Positions 8,762-19,373 of a DNA stretch of 64,000 nucleotides are shown here, in pieces. The position numbers were made by a program, and so were the translations under genes. The notes under the pieces are model-generated. The model made no database searches and was not told where the DNA came from. It saw only the letters and a program-made list of their open reading frames with translations. Position 1 is the first letter of the stretch, and every line of letters starts with the position of its first letter. The stretch is from an uncultured archaeon (GTDB lineage Archaea > Asgardarchaeota > Hermodarchaeia > Hermodarchaeales > Hermodarchaeaceae). Location: assembly GCA_964347045.1 (NCBI GenBank), contig CAYFXC010000003.1, positions 115,722 through 179,721 on the forward strand, in the 5' to 3' direction.

Positions 8762-9360
8762 GTTGGGTATAGTCGCTTCTTTAATTGTGCGTTCCCTGTT
8801 TCAACGTCATAATCAATCAAATCTGCTCGAGAAAGGTCGCCCAATGCTTTTCTGATTGCAGTAGCTTCATGTCCGGCTGTTTTTGTAATCTCGTCGCGGG
8901 TCATCTTTTTCTTCTTTCCATGCAAAAGGAACAATGTCTTCGCATGGGGTTGAGCATAAAAGACGTCTTCAAGTAACGCAATGTATAGGGCTAACAATTC
9001 CTGAACCGGGATTGATGTTTCTTGTTCAGCTACCAGCTCTTTGTAGGTGTCAGACATCTTCTCTAATTGTGTCTTAATGGCGTTAAGTTCTGATTCTAAA
9101 GCTCGGTTCTTGACCATCAAATCAGTTGATTTATCCGCTGATTCCTTCAGTTCATTGATTGTTCTTTCCAATCTGTCAATGGTCGCATTCTTGTTTTGAA
9201 GGTCACTGGTTAATTCCTCTATGCGTGCTTCTGCGGTTTTATTCCGTTCACGTTGCTCTACAAGCTCTTGGTTCATGTCATTGACAATTTTTTGAACTTT
9301 TTTTACAGTCTTTGTGGCTTCAGCAGGATAATCCTTTTCGGGTGGTTTCTCAGTTGCCAT
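8758..9360 (-). CDS. N-terminal coiled-coil plus C-terminal winged-helix protein
   Basis: Heptad-rich N-terminal half, then MTRDEITKTAGHEATAIRKALGDLSRADLIDYD (wHTH pattern). AGGTGA RBS precedes ATG 9360. Confidence 0.75.
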   Translation of the reverse strand: MATEKPPEKDYPAEATKTVKKVQKIVNDMNQELVEQRERNKTAEARIEELTSDLQNKNATIDRLERTINELKESADKSTDLMVKNRALESELNAIKTQLEKMSDTYKELVAEQETSIPVQELLALYIALLEDVFYAQPHAKTLFLLHGKKKKMTRDEITKTAGHEATAIRKALGDLSRADLIDYDVETGNAQLKKRLYPT

Positions 9361-9427
9361 TCTATTCACCTTCTATTGTCACTTTACATTGCTTAGGGTT
9401 TCTTGTATTTATGGCTAGAGTTTTCAT

Positions 9428-10459
9428 CTACTTAGTGTTTTTTTGTTTGCGAGTTGCAATACGGTTGAGTTGAGGTGGTGGCGGAGGTGCTACAATTGAT
9501 TCTTGGGTAAAATCGAAAATAGTTATCACGTCATTTTCAAACGTTGCCTTCAGTTGTTGTGTAGAATCCACAGTTCCCAATGAGGTGGCTGTTAATTTAT
9601 GTTCTTTAAAGATGGATATGACCGATTTAACATTATCCGGAATAGTCGTGACGATAAACCCTGTCGAGATGTACATTTTCAACCAAGTAGTTAAATCAAG
9701 ATTCTTTGGAACAGGTATAGCCGCAAAATCGATGGTTGCGCCCTTTTGCGCATACTCCAACATTAGAAGGCTTGTCCCAATAATGCCTCCGTTGCTCAAA
9801 TCCTTTGATGCGGTAAGAAGACATCGTTCTGCAAGAACTCGCATTGCTTCATATCGTTTGAGAACATCCTTCGACTTCTTAAGGGCGGTAGTGTCCCATC
9901 CAAACTCATAATTCGGAGAAACACGTCCTTCTAAATCGACTGCTAGAATGAGCTGATCACCTGGCTGAGCTCCACCCGCACTGATATAGGCTTCTCTGGG
10001 AACTGTTCCACAAATTGATGCACTTACTCCATTAATCGGGGCATTGGGTGTCGTATGTCCTCGGACTACTTCAACTTTGAACTTTTGCCCCGCGTCACAG
10101 ATTCCTTCCATAAACTTCACACCTGCTTCCATTTCAGTGAATGCGACGTTAACCATAGCCACAATTGGGCGTCCACCCGCTGCATAGATATCATTCACAT
10201 TAACAAGGATAGCAGCATACCCGGCAACATACGGCTTAGACTCCGCTAGTTCTGGGATGACTGCATCTGTTGAAAGCAAAATAAGATTATCTCCACCCAG
10301 GTCAATGGCTGCGGAGTCCTCTCCAATTGAAGAGAGAACATGTGGGCATTTGAACCCTTCATTTCGAAGAATTGTTACCAGTTGACCAATTGGTTGTTTA
10401 CGGCGTAATCCCCAATAGTCTTTTACATCAGAAACGATAGTAGACAACTTTTCAGGCAT
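9428..10459 (-). CDS. AIR-synthase-related (PurM/ThiL superfamily; methanogenesis marker 2 / sll0787-like) protein
   Basis: IGEDSAAI, VNVNDIYAAGGRP, GHT, AQPGD and KDLSNGGIIG motifs. Confidence 0.85.
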   Translation of the reverse strand: MPEKLSTIVSDVKDYWGLRRKQPIGQLVTILRNEGFKCPHVLSSIGEDSAAIDLGGDNLILLSTDAVIPELAESKPYVAGYAAILVNVNDIYAAGGRPIVAMVNVAFTEMEAGVKFMEGICDAGQKFKVEVVRGHTTPNAPINGVSASICGTVPREAYISAGGAQPGDQLILAVDLEGRVSPNYEFGWDTTALKKSKDVLKRYEAMRVLAERCLLTASKDLSNGGIIGTSLLMLEYAQKGATIDFAAIPVPKNLDLTTWLKMYISTGFIVTTIPDNVKSVISIFKEHKLTATSLGTVDSTQQLKATFENDVITIFDFTQESIVAPPPPPQLNRIATRKQKNTK

Positions 10460-10565
10460 CTAAATGCAGGCTCCTCAAATAGAATCGAGTATGTAGGTTT
10501 CGATAAAACTTGTGGTTACAACGCATTATAGAACGAAAAAAGCTATGAAATCATGTGAATTGAAT

Positions 10566-11957
10566 TTAACCAGTTATTGAAACTCCATCAATGAGCAGGC
10601 TTGGGGTTGATACAAATAATGAAGTAATTTCAATATCACTCCCGATTTCACGCAACTGCTCTAATCCTGTATAGAAGTTGCCTGCAATCGACACAGGTTC
10701 AAGAGGATGCTTCTTTTCTCCGTTTTCTATTAGAAACACCGAATTTGCCACTGCTGAAAATTCGCCCGTTGCAACGGTACTATGAAAGATTCCAATTGGA
10801 ATATCCATTATTAGCAATCCTTTCCCGTCAATTGAAGCAATGAGGTCTTCCTGAGATTTCTTCCCTTGTCTGACTTCAAGATTCTTTCCAAATATTGTGG
10901 GGGCATGTTCATAGGGTAAACGGGACCCAAATGGTCCTCCTGAACGAGCACTATTACCTGTTGATCCGGTTCCTGCAATCCGCCCATAGTATGAATCAAA
11001 AAGGAAGCCTCTCAAAACACCTTTCTCGATAATGGTGGTTTTTCCTTGCGGATGACCCTCCGCATCAATTGCCTCAGTCGAGATTCCCAGAGGATCTTGC
11101 CCATCATCAACGAGTGTTAAACTAGAATGTGCGATTTTTTCTCCAAGCTTATTACTTAATGGGGACACGCCTTCAACAACTGCTTGTCCCTTGGCGGATT
11201 GTTGAAGACTTGCTAAAATGTAGCTTGCTGCCGCCCAAGGTACCCATAAAGTAGGCAATTTAGTGGTTTGATTCAATCTCTTTGTTCCTAGCATGCTTAT
11301 GGCTTTGTCAGCTGCTTTTTGTCCAATACCAGTAACATCGAGTGCCTTCTCTCGAGTGATTAATTCCTCTGAAGCTGTTCTTCGTTCCTCTCCCTCAATC
11401 GCCATAGCGTAAGCACTACAGGCGTTATGTGCTGAGGTTGATGCCTGCTGCAGACCTAGCGAATTGCCAATGGCAAAACCACCCCACGTTCTTAGACATT
11501 CAACTGCTGCTAGTATACGACCATTTGCTTTGGTCACGTCTCCAATTAATTGGAGAGACGATTTTACCAAATCCTCTGTTGTTATCTCAAGAATCTCATT
11601 GGAAAATTTACCTTCTTTTCCAGGAGGTTTTGGTTCGCAAAATCCCTTGAAGCGTGTGTCTTTTTCTGAAGTTGCCTTCAAACTTGCTAAAGCGTCTTTT
11701 ATGCTTCTTTTTATCTGGTTGGCTGCTATTCCACTCGAAGAAGAAAAACTAACACGTTGGTCTTTTGACATTCGTACGGCATTTCCTGCTACAATTCCAT
11801 CGGTTGCTTCTACAATCCCCTGTTTAATTTCCACATTCGACTCACTTCGGTAATACAAGAACAATTCAAAGTCTGCAGTCTTATCCAAAGATTGCGCAAA
11901 TTTAAGACCCGAATCCACTTCCGCCAGTAATGTATCCTTTATTTTCTCATATTCCAT
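10566..11957 (-). CDS. TldD/PmbA family, PmbA/TldE-type subunit
   Basis: DAEGHP, GSTGNSAR and ATGEFS..IENGE motifs; no HExxxH. Confidence 0.9.
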   Translation of the reverse strand: MEYEKIKDTLLAEVDSGLKFAQSLDKTADFELFLYYRSESNVEIKQGIVEATDGIVAGNAVRMSKDQRVSFSSSSGIAANQIKRSIKDALASLKATSEKDTRFKGFCEPKPPGKEGKFSNEILEITTEDLVKSSLQLIGDVTKANGRILAAVECLRTWGGFAIGNSLGLQQASTSAHNACSAYAMAIEGEERRTASEELITREKALDVTGIGQKAADKAISMLGTKRLNQTTKLPTLWVPWAAASYILASLQQSAKGQAVVEGVSPLSNKLGEKIAHSSLTLVDDGQDPLGISTEAIDAEGHPQGKTTIIEKGVLRGFLFDSYYGRIAGTGSTGNSARSGGPFGSRLPYEHAPTIFGKNLEVRQGKKSQEDLIASIDGKGLLIMDIPIGIFHSTVATGEFSAVANSVFLIENGEKKHPLEPVSIAGNFYTGLEQLREIGSDIEITSLFVSTPSLLIDGVSITG

Positions 11958-11977
11958 CAGAGTTCATCTCCGTTCTT

Positions 11978-13414
11978 CTAGGCTTTTCCTCCGAACGTCA
12001 CATCTCGAATGAGGAGTTTCGGTCCTCCAAGACCCGTAGGTAATGGGCGTTGCCCGCTCTTTCCGCAACCTCCAAAATATGTCCCCCACAAATTAATATC
12101 TCGTGTAGCTCCCTCTACACGTTGAAGTAATTGTAGAATATTCCCTGAAAGTGATACCTCTCGGATTGGATGTTGGATTTTACCATTTTCTACCCAATAT
12201 CCTCTATTTGCTTTGAAAAGGAAACTGCCATCTCCTTCCACTTGTCCACCCATCGTTTGTATTGCATAGATACCGGTTCCCAATTGCTCAAGTGCTTCCT
12301 CTTCTGTAAGATCGCCAGGTGTGAAGAACGTGTTTGTCATACGTGGGATAGGCATGAACCCAAAGTGAACCGCACGACAATTTCCAGTAGGTTTTTGTTC
12401 TAATTTCTGTGCAGTCCCTCTGCTATGAAGAAAATGCTTGAGAACGCCTTTTTCAAGAATTGTTGTCATATCGGCTGGAGTGCCTTGATCATCAAAGGGA
12501 AGCCAAAGCCCTCCTATTTTATTAATATCAGGAATTCCCCCATCAATAATAGTGGCATGTTTAGTTCCAAGTCTTTTTCCAATTTTTCCTGCTAATGGCG
12601 AGACTCCGATTGTAACGAAATCACCTTCGCTGAGGTGGCCAAAACTTTCATGAGCTAGCACGCCGGTTAAGGCATTATCAATAAGTGTTGAAAATTTTCC
12701 CGCGGGGCATGCCTTTGCTTTGAGTTGCTCTGAAGCAAGTTCGCCTGCTGTTTTCCCAATCTCTTCTGGTGTAGTCTCTTTTTGAGTATAAACTTCTAGA
12801 CCAAAACTTCCTGCTTTTCGCTCCGATGCAAATACGAGTTCGCCAGAACTGGTTTTTGATATAACACGACAGGTTAAATCGATTACAAGAAATTCCCAAT
12901 CGATATTTGTTTCTTCACTATTGGTAAAGATTTTTTGACCATATAATTCGCCATAGGCTCCTGTAATATTTTCAATATTTTTTCCGTGATCAGAAGCGTT
13001 CTCCACCATTCGGTTGATGAGGTTCATTTTAAATTCTTGGGATTCTGTTTTTGGGTGGATTTTCACAGAGCGTGTATCTGTCGGTTTACTTTTCACCCTT
13101 GATCTTCTTTCAAAATTTAGCTTTAGAGACGCTGCTGTTGAAGCGGCTTTTGCCATTTTAAAGGCACGATTAACTGTTTCTTCAATATCATTAACAACTT
13201 CACTAGCTGTAAAGGAATAACCCGCTGTTCCACCAAAATAACAAGTAACTCCAATCCCTGTACGGAATTTTGAAAGGATATCCTTCCAGGTGTCATCTTT
13301 TTTTGTCTTGATTCGCCTTAATGTATGGAGGGTAAAATCATCAAAACGGGCTTCAACAAAATCTGCTCCAAGTCTCTCGCCCAATGAGACTGCATCTTGA
13401 AGTTTATCTAGCAT
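11978..13414 (-). CDS. tldD: TldD/PmbA family, TldD-type metalloprotease subunit
   Basis: HESFGHLSEGD zinc motif, PRMTNT and GCGKSGQ. Confidence 0.9.
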   Translation of the reverse strand: MLDKLQDAVSLGERLGADFVEARFDDFTLHTLRRIKTKKDDTWKDILSKFRTGIGVTCYFGGTAGYSFTASEVVNDIEETVNRAFKMAKAASTAASLKLNFERRSRVKSKPTDTRSVKIHPKTESQEFKMNLINRMVENASDHGKNIENITGAYGELYGQKIFTNSEETNIDWEFLVIDLTCRVISKTSSGELVFASERKAGSFGLEVYTQKETTPEEIGKTAGELASEQLKAKACPAGKFSTLIDNALTGVLAHESFGHLSEGDFVTIGVSPLAGKIGKRLGTKHATIIDGGIPDINKIGGLWLPFDDQGTPADMTTILEKGVLKHFLHSRGTAQKLEQKPTGNCRAVHFGFMPIPRMTNTFFTPGDLTEEEALEQLGTGIYAIQTMGGQVEGDGSFLFKANRGYWVENGKIQHPIREVSLSGNILQLLQRVEGATRDINLWGTYFGGCGKSGQRPLPTGLGGPKLLIRDVTFGGKA

Positions 13415-13527
13415 ACATTTTCAACCTCAACATCTAATATTAGCTCAGGAGTAGCAGATTTATACTATATAAGCCGTCCTCAGCAACCGAGTTTAGATTT
13501 CTTTCAAAAACGTAGAGGTGACTGTGT

Positions 13528-14469
13528 TTGGAATTTGGTGTACAAATAGAGCCGCAGTTTGGATATTCCTTTGATGACATTATTTCAGTAGCTGATGTTG
13601 CATTGAAAAATGGTTTTTCGACAATTTGGTTTTCTGATCATTTCATGCTTGACAAGGATTCAGTCGATCGGGTATTACTTGATCCTTGGTTAATAATGAC
13701 TGCACTTACTCAACACAACGCGAAGGTGCGAGTTGGCAGCATGGTATTCTGTCAAAGTTACAGGAATCCTGCGCTTACAGCAAAAATGGCTGCATCTCTT
13801 GATGTTTTATCAAATGGACGCTTGGATTTTGGAATTGGGGCTGGTTGGAAAGAAATCGAATACCATGCTTATGGTTATCCTTTTCCTTCTGCCAAAACAC
13901 GGATTAAACAACTTGAAGATGCTGTTCAGATTATCCGTGGTATATGGCAGAATGAACGGTTTACTTTCAGGGGGAACTATTATCAAGTTGAAGACATTAT
14001 TTCGGTTCCTAAACCAATTCAAAACCCAATGCCTATCTGGATTGGAGCCCAACAGGGTAAAGAAATGATGCTTCGGGTAACCGCTAAATATGGAGATGGA
14101 ATTAACATCGCATGGATGACCACACCAGATGATTTAGATCAACGCTTCCAACTATTAACAAAATTTACGAAAAAATATGGTCGTGAAAGTAGTAATATCA
14201 TGAAATCAGTTGGATTATGGACTAGGCACTTTGATTCCCTAGACGCAATGGAAGCTGCCCTCATTGAGAGTGCGAAATCAAGAAATGTTCCTCTCAAAGA
14301 TTATCGAACGCGAGTTTCTCAAGCTTTATGGGGGACACCAGATCATATGATTACACGTCTTCGCGAATTTGAACAAATCGGGGTCTCTCATGTTGTTCTC
14401 ATGTTTCCTCATGGGGAAGAAATCAACCATATCAAATCTTTAGGAAAATCCGTTCTTCCAAAGTTGTAA
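13528..14469 (+). CDS. LLM-class (probably F420-dependent) oxidoreductase
   Basis: WFSDHF, YRNPALTAKMAASLDVLSNGRLDFGIGAGW and PKPIQ..PIWIG motifs. Confidence 0.9.
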   Translation: MEFGVQIEPQFGYSFDDIISVADVALKNGFSTIWFSDHFMLDKDSVDRVLLDPWLIMTALTQHNAKVRVGSMVFCQSYRNPALTAKMAASLDVLSNGRLDFGIGAGWKEIEYHAYGYPFPSAKTRIKQLEDAVQIIRGIWQNERFTFRGNYYQVEDIISVPKPIQNPMPIWIGAQQGKEMMLRVTAKYGDGINIAWMTTPDDLDQRFQLLTKFTKKYGRESSNIMKSVGLWTRHFDSLDAMEAALIESAKSRNVPLKDYRTRVSQALWGTPDHMITRLREFEQIGVSHVVLMFPHGEEINHIKSLGKSVLPKL

Positions 14470-14647
14470 CAAAGATTTTGTATGTTCACGTTATCATTGC
14501 ATGATTCTCCGCTCGCGCAATCTGATCAATTACTATTCATTCTGCAGATACCGGAAACTTCTAATGAAGAATCTTGTACATGCCACTCACTTAACACTCG
14601 AAACAGTAATGTCGATTCCATTCCCGGCATAAATCCGTTCCTGCTGG

Positions 14648-15397
14648 TTGGCCACGGTGTCAAGATTGACTCATAAATCCATCGTAGTCAAATGTGATAA
14701 TGTTTTCAAGACGTATGAGGATGGAGAACTTAGAGTCGAAGTACTAAAAGGCCTCGATTTTTCTGTAAACACAGGTGAATTTGTCGCTATCGTAGGGGCT
14801 AGTGGAAGTGGAAAAACAACACTCATAAATCTTATCGCACTTTTAGACTCAGCCACAGCGGGTGAAATTAGCATTGATGGGCAATCCGTAAATGGTTTGG
14901 ACGATAAAGCCCTATCATACCTTCGTCGTGATAAAATTGGGATAGTATTTCAGGGTTTCTACCTTTTGGAAATTATGAACGCGCGAGAAAACGTTGAAGT
15001 TCCAATGGTATTTGCAGACATATCTAAGGAGGAACGTATTACCCGGGCACTCGATCTTCTTGATTTAGTAGGAATGCGAGATTTTGCGGAACAATATCCG
15101 ACTGAGATGTCAGGTGGGCAAATGCAACGAATAGCATTTGCAAGGGCCATAGCAAATGACCCCGTTTTGCTACTTGCTGACGAACCGACAGGTAACTTAG
15201 ATACTGCAACGGGAATTGAAATCATCCGATTGTTTCAGGAATTAGCTCATAATTATCGAAAAGCTGTTGTGGTAGCCACTCATGATCCTGAGGTTGCCAG
15301 CTCAGCCGATAGAATTCTAGTACTCCGTCATGGAAGACTCCACACAGATACATCTATGTATGGACGTGATAGCGATTCCGAGGAGGAGCAGTCGTGA
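14648..15397 (+). CDS. ABC ATP-binding protein (LolD/MacB-like)
   Basis: GASGSGKT, MSGGQMQR, LLADEPTGNLD and H-loop. Confidence 0.95.
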   Translation: MATVSRLTHKSIVVKCDNVFKTYEDGELRVEVLKGLDFSVNTGEFVAIVGASGSGKTTLINLIALLDSATAGEISIDGQSVNGLDDKALSYLRRDKIGIVFQGFYLLEIMNARENVEVPMVFADISKEERITRALDLLDLVGMRDFAEQYPTEMSGGQMQRIAFARAIANDPVLLLADEPTGNLDTATGIEIIRLFQELAHNYRKAVVVATHDPEVASSADRILVLRHGRLHTDTSMYGRDSDSEEEQS

Positions 15398-18303
15398 GCA
15401 AAGATCCTACTCCTCCTATAATTGCACCAAAGGCTCATGGGAGCCGCCTATATGTAGCCAATTATGTTGGAACCAGCCTTCGTAAAAACAAAACCCGTTT
15501 CTTCAGTTTGCTCATCGGTATAATGATTGGAGTTGCATTAGTTGCTTCTGTTTTTGTATGGACTGATACCGACTCTCAGGTTGCAGCGGTTGACTACTTT
15601 GAATCCAATCTTTACCAATACTATGTTCAACAAGTATACGAATCTCCCGTTGATACCCAGCTCATCTTTGATGTAAAAAATTGGTTTTCTGGACAAATAG
15701 AGTATCAGGCATCAGATATCATATATCATTCAGTGGGGTTCCTCAACGGAACCAATTGGAATTCATCAACTACCTATCTCCCATATCCATATTCTCAGGG
15801 GATAAAAGACTTTCAAACCTTCTTTGTTGATAACCCTTTTCTTGAGAGGGTCGCGCCCCAGTTCGAATTTAATGGGGCTTTCGAATTATCTACTGGTGAG
15901 TGTCTAATAAGCACAAAAGTAATTGAAGACGCTGAAGCACTTTTCAATCAAACAATTTCTATTGGTAGCTATATTAATCTCAATATAGCTTCGGTTTATA
16001 ATGAACCAACTACACTTGGTGATTTACAACTTTTTAACAGTTTTAATCTCCTTGTAGTAGGTATCTACAACATCACCTATAGTGACACAATTCTGTACTC
16101 GTCTGCCAGAGCGGCTATTCGGTCGAATTTTCCGGGATCACCTCAAACCAATGTTTTTGGTTGGAATGATAGCGTTATTATGCACTATAACCAACTAGAT
16201 TCGATTCAGCGAGATACACTTACAGCAAATTCCCTTTTTCCGAAACTTCTTGTTCAGCTAAATCCAATAGAAGTTTCCGCCGCTGGATTAGAGGATGTCT
16301 CAACTGTTATTCTTGAATTAAAATCTAATTTAGAATTTCAGTTTGCACAAAGAATTATCGTAGAAGGAGAGCACCAAGTTTTACTCCTTGAACAATATAT
16401 TGCAGCCAGTCAGTCTCGGCGAACAATGGCTGTCATTACTTTACCGATTATCCTGCTCTCGGTAATTCTGACAATTTTTGCCACCAACATATTTCTTAGC
16501 GGACGACGATCTGAAGTTGCGATTCTACGAGCCAGAGGGGCTAGTTTCCGTCAACTCTATGCTGCTTTCATTTTAGAATTCCTGATTGTTGCAATAACTG
16601 CGCTCTGTTTGGGAATGGTTCTCAGCATTTTCATAGGTTCCTTAATTCCCGCTTCGGTTGGTTTCCTACAATTTAATCCCATCATATTCTATCAATTTCT
16701 TTCTAATGCCAGACTTGAACCACTGATATGGGTAATTGCCTTTATTGCGTGTCTTCTACCTTCATTGATTTTTACAATGGTGTATGTACGCAACTTTCTA
16801 CGAACTGAAATATACAAGGCTATAGTGGGCACTGCTCCACGTGCAGAAGCGGATCCTAGTATCACGATAATCTATGCCATTGCCGTTTTTTCATTACTCG
16901 GGTTTCTCATTGTCGCGGTTCTACTACTTCCCGTTACTCCATTAATTGCCGTTTTCCTTTTTGGTTATGCTGTTGCAGTATGGGCGCTTTTCAGTGATGT
17001 CGGTTCTCGTATAGTTCGTCAAATCATTGCAGGATTAACGCGTGGTTTTCAACCAATGTTTGGAGAGAAAGCCTTTATTTTTGAAAAAAGTATGCGAACT
17101 CGGCGAGAACGAATTGTACCACTCCTCCTGATACTGACTTTAACATTCTCCATTACTGTCTTTGCTGTAGTTGAAGCGCAAACAGTTCAAGATAACGTCT
17201 TCACACAAGTTGGCTATTTCATGGGTGCTGATTTACGGGTTGAAAGTAATTCAATTCATCACAATTATACGAATGAAATCTTATCTATTCCTGGGGTTGT
17301 ATCTGCTACTGCACTAATTTCCACAACAAGCACAATTGGCCCCATTTCTCTAACGATTATCGGAGTCGATGTGGATTCCTATACTAATACCGGCAATTGG
17401 GATCTTTCAAGTATGATAGGGGAAGATCCCATCGCAACCCTCCAAAAACTTCGTAACAACTCAAATGGAATTATCCTACCTCGAACGGTTGCAGAACGAC
17501 TTCGAAGAGTTGTGGGTAACAGACTAGTTATTTCCGTTCATCAACAGGGAGGTGGAATAATGGGAGATGTTTCATTCCTCATTGTAGGGTTGGGTCGTAG
17601 TGCTCCTGGGTTGGGTTATTTTGATCCGGATGACCCCATCCGACCACCAGATCCCACTGATGGTTTTCATTTTCAAGCTCCACAAGTCTTTGCCCTAGTT
17701 AACAGGAATCTCCTAATTAATCAGAATATGACGAACACACGACTTATGTTAGCTAGGCTTTCTGAAAATGCTGATATCATAGAAATTCAGCATCAAATAA
17801 ACAACCTTAATTTCTCATCAGCGATTTATTCGCCAAAAACCTATTCGATAGAGGAAGCCTATCCTGAAGGCTATCTTTTCAATAGGGGCGTAGTAAGTCT
17901 TCTATCAATTGGATTCATAGCCTGTGTGATTATTAGTATGATCGCGCTTATTCTTTTTGTGGGAATAATCGTCACGGAACGTACAACTGAGTATGCAATC
18001 ATGCGGGCTGTTGGCAGCACTCAGCGACAAATAAGTGCTATCGTTATTGGTGAATTTGTTGGGCTAATAGTCACCTCCTTTCTTGTGGCATTATTACTTG
18101 GCTTTTTCTTCTCTTGGCTTCTAATGATCATCTTACTCCGTCTCTTTCCCTTTCCCTACGTAATTCCCTTCCAACTTGGAGTTCCTCTGCTGTTACTGCT
18201 TGCAGTGCTAGCAATCGTAGTTATTGGAATAAGCATTGGAACCTATATTCCCGCCCGTCGAGCGGGGCGAACTAATGTTGGTAAAGCTCTTCGAAATCTC
18301 TAA
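15394..18303 (+). CDS. ABC permease with two FtsX-like domains
   Basis: RRSEVAILRARGAS and ERTTEYAIMRAVG FtsX motifs, two large extracellular domains, C-terminal PARRAG. Confidence 0.9.
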   Translation: MSKDPTPPIIAPKAHGSRLYVANYVGTSLRKNKTRFFSLLIGIMIGVALVASVFVWTDTDSQVAAVDYFESNLYQYYVQQVYESPVDTQLIFDVKNWFSGQIEYQASDIIYHSVGFLNGTNWNSSTTYLPYPYSQGIKDFQTFFVDNPFLERVAPQFEFNGAFELSTGECLISTKVIEDAEALFNQTISIGSYINLNIASVYNEPTTLGDLQLFNSFNLLVVGIYNITYSDTILYSSARAAIRSNFPGSPQTNVFGWNDSVIMHYNQLDSIQRDTLTANSLFPKLLVQLNPIEVSAAGLEDVSTVILELKSNLEFQFAQRIIVEGEHQVLLLEQYIAASQSRRTMAVITLPIILLSVILTIFATNIFLSGRRSEVAILRARGASFRQLYAAFILEFLIVAITALCLGMVLSIFIGSLIPASVGFLQFNPIIFYQFLSNARLEPLIWVIAFIACLLPSLIFTMVYVRNFLRTEIYKAIVGTAPRAEADPSITIIYAIAVFSLLGFLIVAVLLLPVTPLIAVFLFGYAVAVWALFSDVGSRIVRQIIAGLTRGFQPMFGEKAFIFEKSMRTRRERIVPLLLILTLTFSITVFAVVEAQTVQDNVFTQVGYFMGADLRVESNSIHHNYTNEILSIPGVVSATALISTTSTIGPISLTIIGVDVDSYTNTGNWDLSSMIGEDPIATLQKLRNNSNGIILPRTVAERLRRVVGNRLVISVHQQGGGIMGDVSFLIVGLGRSAPGLGYFDPDDPIRPPDPTDGFHFQAPQVFALVNRNLLINQNMTNTRLMLARLSENADIIEIQHQINNLNFSSAIYSPKTYSIEEAYPEGYLFNRGVVSLLSIGFIACVIISMIALILFVGIIVTERTTEYAIMRAVGSTQRQISAIVIGEFVGLIVTSFLVALLLGFFFSWLLMIILLRLFPFPYVIPFQLGVPLLLLLAVLAIVVIGISIGTYIPARRAGRTNVGKALRNL

Positions 18304-18324
18304 ACAGACAGGTGAAAAAAAATC

Positions 18325-19341
18325 ATGGCTACACGCAATAACCTCATCAGCGGTTTGGTCAAAGAAGAAGAATTCGCTGAGGTTCCAGAAAATCTAGTCT
18401 TGATGGCTAATGACGTCTATAAGATCTATCAAACTGGCGAATTTGAAACAGTCGCTTTACGTGGTGTATCTTTCCAAATTTTTCAAGGTGAAATTGTGGC
18501 AGTTGTTGGGCCTTCAGGGAGTGGAAAAACTACACTCGTTAATCTTCTAGGTGGGACACTTCGTCCCAGTGCAGGTCAAGTTTATTGGTCAAATATCAAA
18601 CAGGATATCGCTAAACTCGATCAACGAATTATAACCAATGCCCGTCGAGGGTTTATTGGCTTCGTTTTTCAAGTTGATAATCTACTTCACCACTTGTCAG
18701 CTAGACAAAATGTGGAACTTAGTGCCCGTATCGCAGGACTTCCCAAAACTTGGAGGCAAGAACGCTCAACAGAACTTTTAGAAGCTGTGGGATTAAAAAA
18801 TCGAATGAATCATGTTCCGGCAAAACTATCCGGAGGGGAACGTCAGCGTGTAGCTATCGCCAGTGCTCTTATGAATAATCCCGCTCTTGTTCTCGCTGAT
18901 GAACCGACTGGTGATCTTGACCTCATCAACGCTGAAGAAATTCTTGATCTCTTTAAAAAACTCAATGAACAGTATGGAACCGCCTTTCTAATTGTAACCC
19001 ACAGCCAATTAATTGCCTCTAAATCACGACGAACTCTGGAACTTCGTGATGGAATCATTAGTGGAACGCACGACGCAGGAGTTCATCTAAAACAACTTGA
19101 AAGAACCCGTGTATTGGAAGTTGATAATCAAGATCGATTACCGATTCCTGAGAATATTTTACGTGAATTAGGTCGTCCTCGTCGATTCCAAGTTGAAGTT
19201 GAAGAGGGACGAATAATTCTTACGCCTTCAATGGTTGAAGATGCTGTTGCGGTAGAAGTCCGACTAGTCACATGTCGGATTTGTGGGAAATTAGTTGCAT
19301 CAAATCGTGTAACCTGTCCTAGTTGTGGTACGGCGCTATGA
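18325..19341 (+). CDS. ABC ATP-binding protein with C-terminal AbrB-like and zinc-ribbon extension
   Basis: GPSGSGKT, LSGGERQR, DEPTGDLD; tail VDNQDRLPIPENILRELG followed by CxxC..CxxC. Confidence 0.9.
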   Translation: MATRNNLISGLVKEEEFAEVPENLVLMANDVYKIYQTGEFETVALRGVSFQIFQGEIVAVVGPSGSGKTTLVNLLGGTLRPSAGQVYWSNIKQDIAKLDQRIITNARRGFIGFVFQVDNLLHHLSARQNVELSARIAGLPKTWRQERSTELLEAVGLKNRMNHVPAKLSGGERQRVAIASALMNNPALVLADEPTGDLDLINAEEILDLFKKLNEQYGTAFLIVTHSQLIASKSRRTLELRDGIISGTHDAGVHLKQLERTRVLEVDNQDRLPIPENILRELGRPRRFQVEVEEGRIILTPSMVEDAVAVEVRLVTCRICGKLVASNRVTCPSCGTAL

Positions 19342-19373
19342 AGTGATAACAATAAAAAGGAGCATAGAGATCT

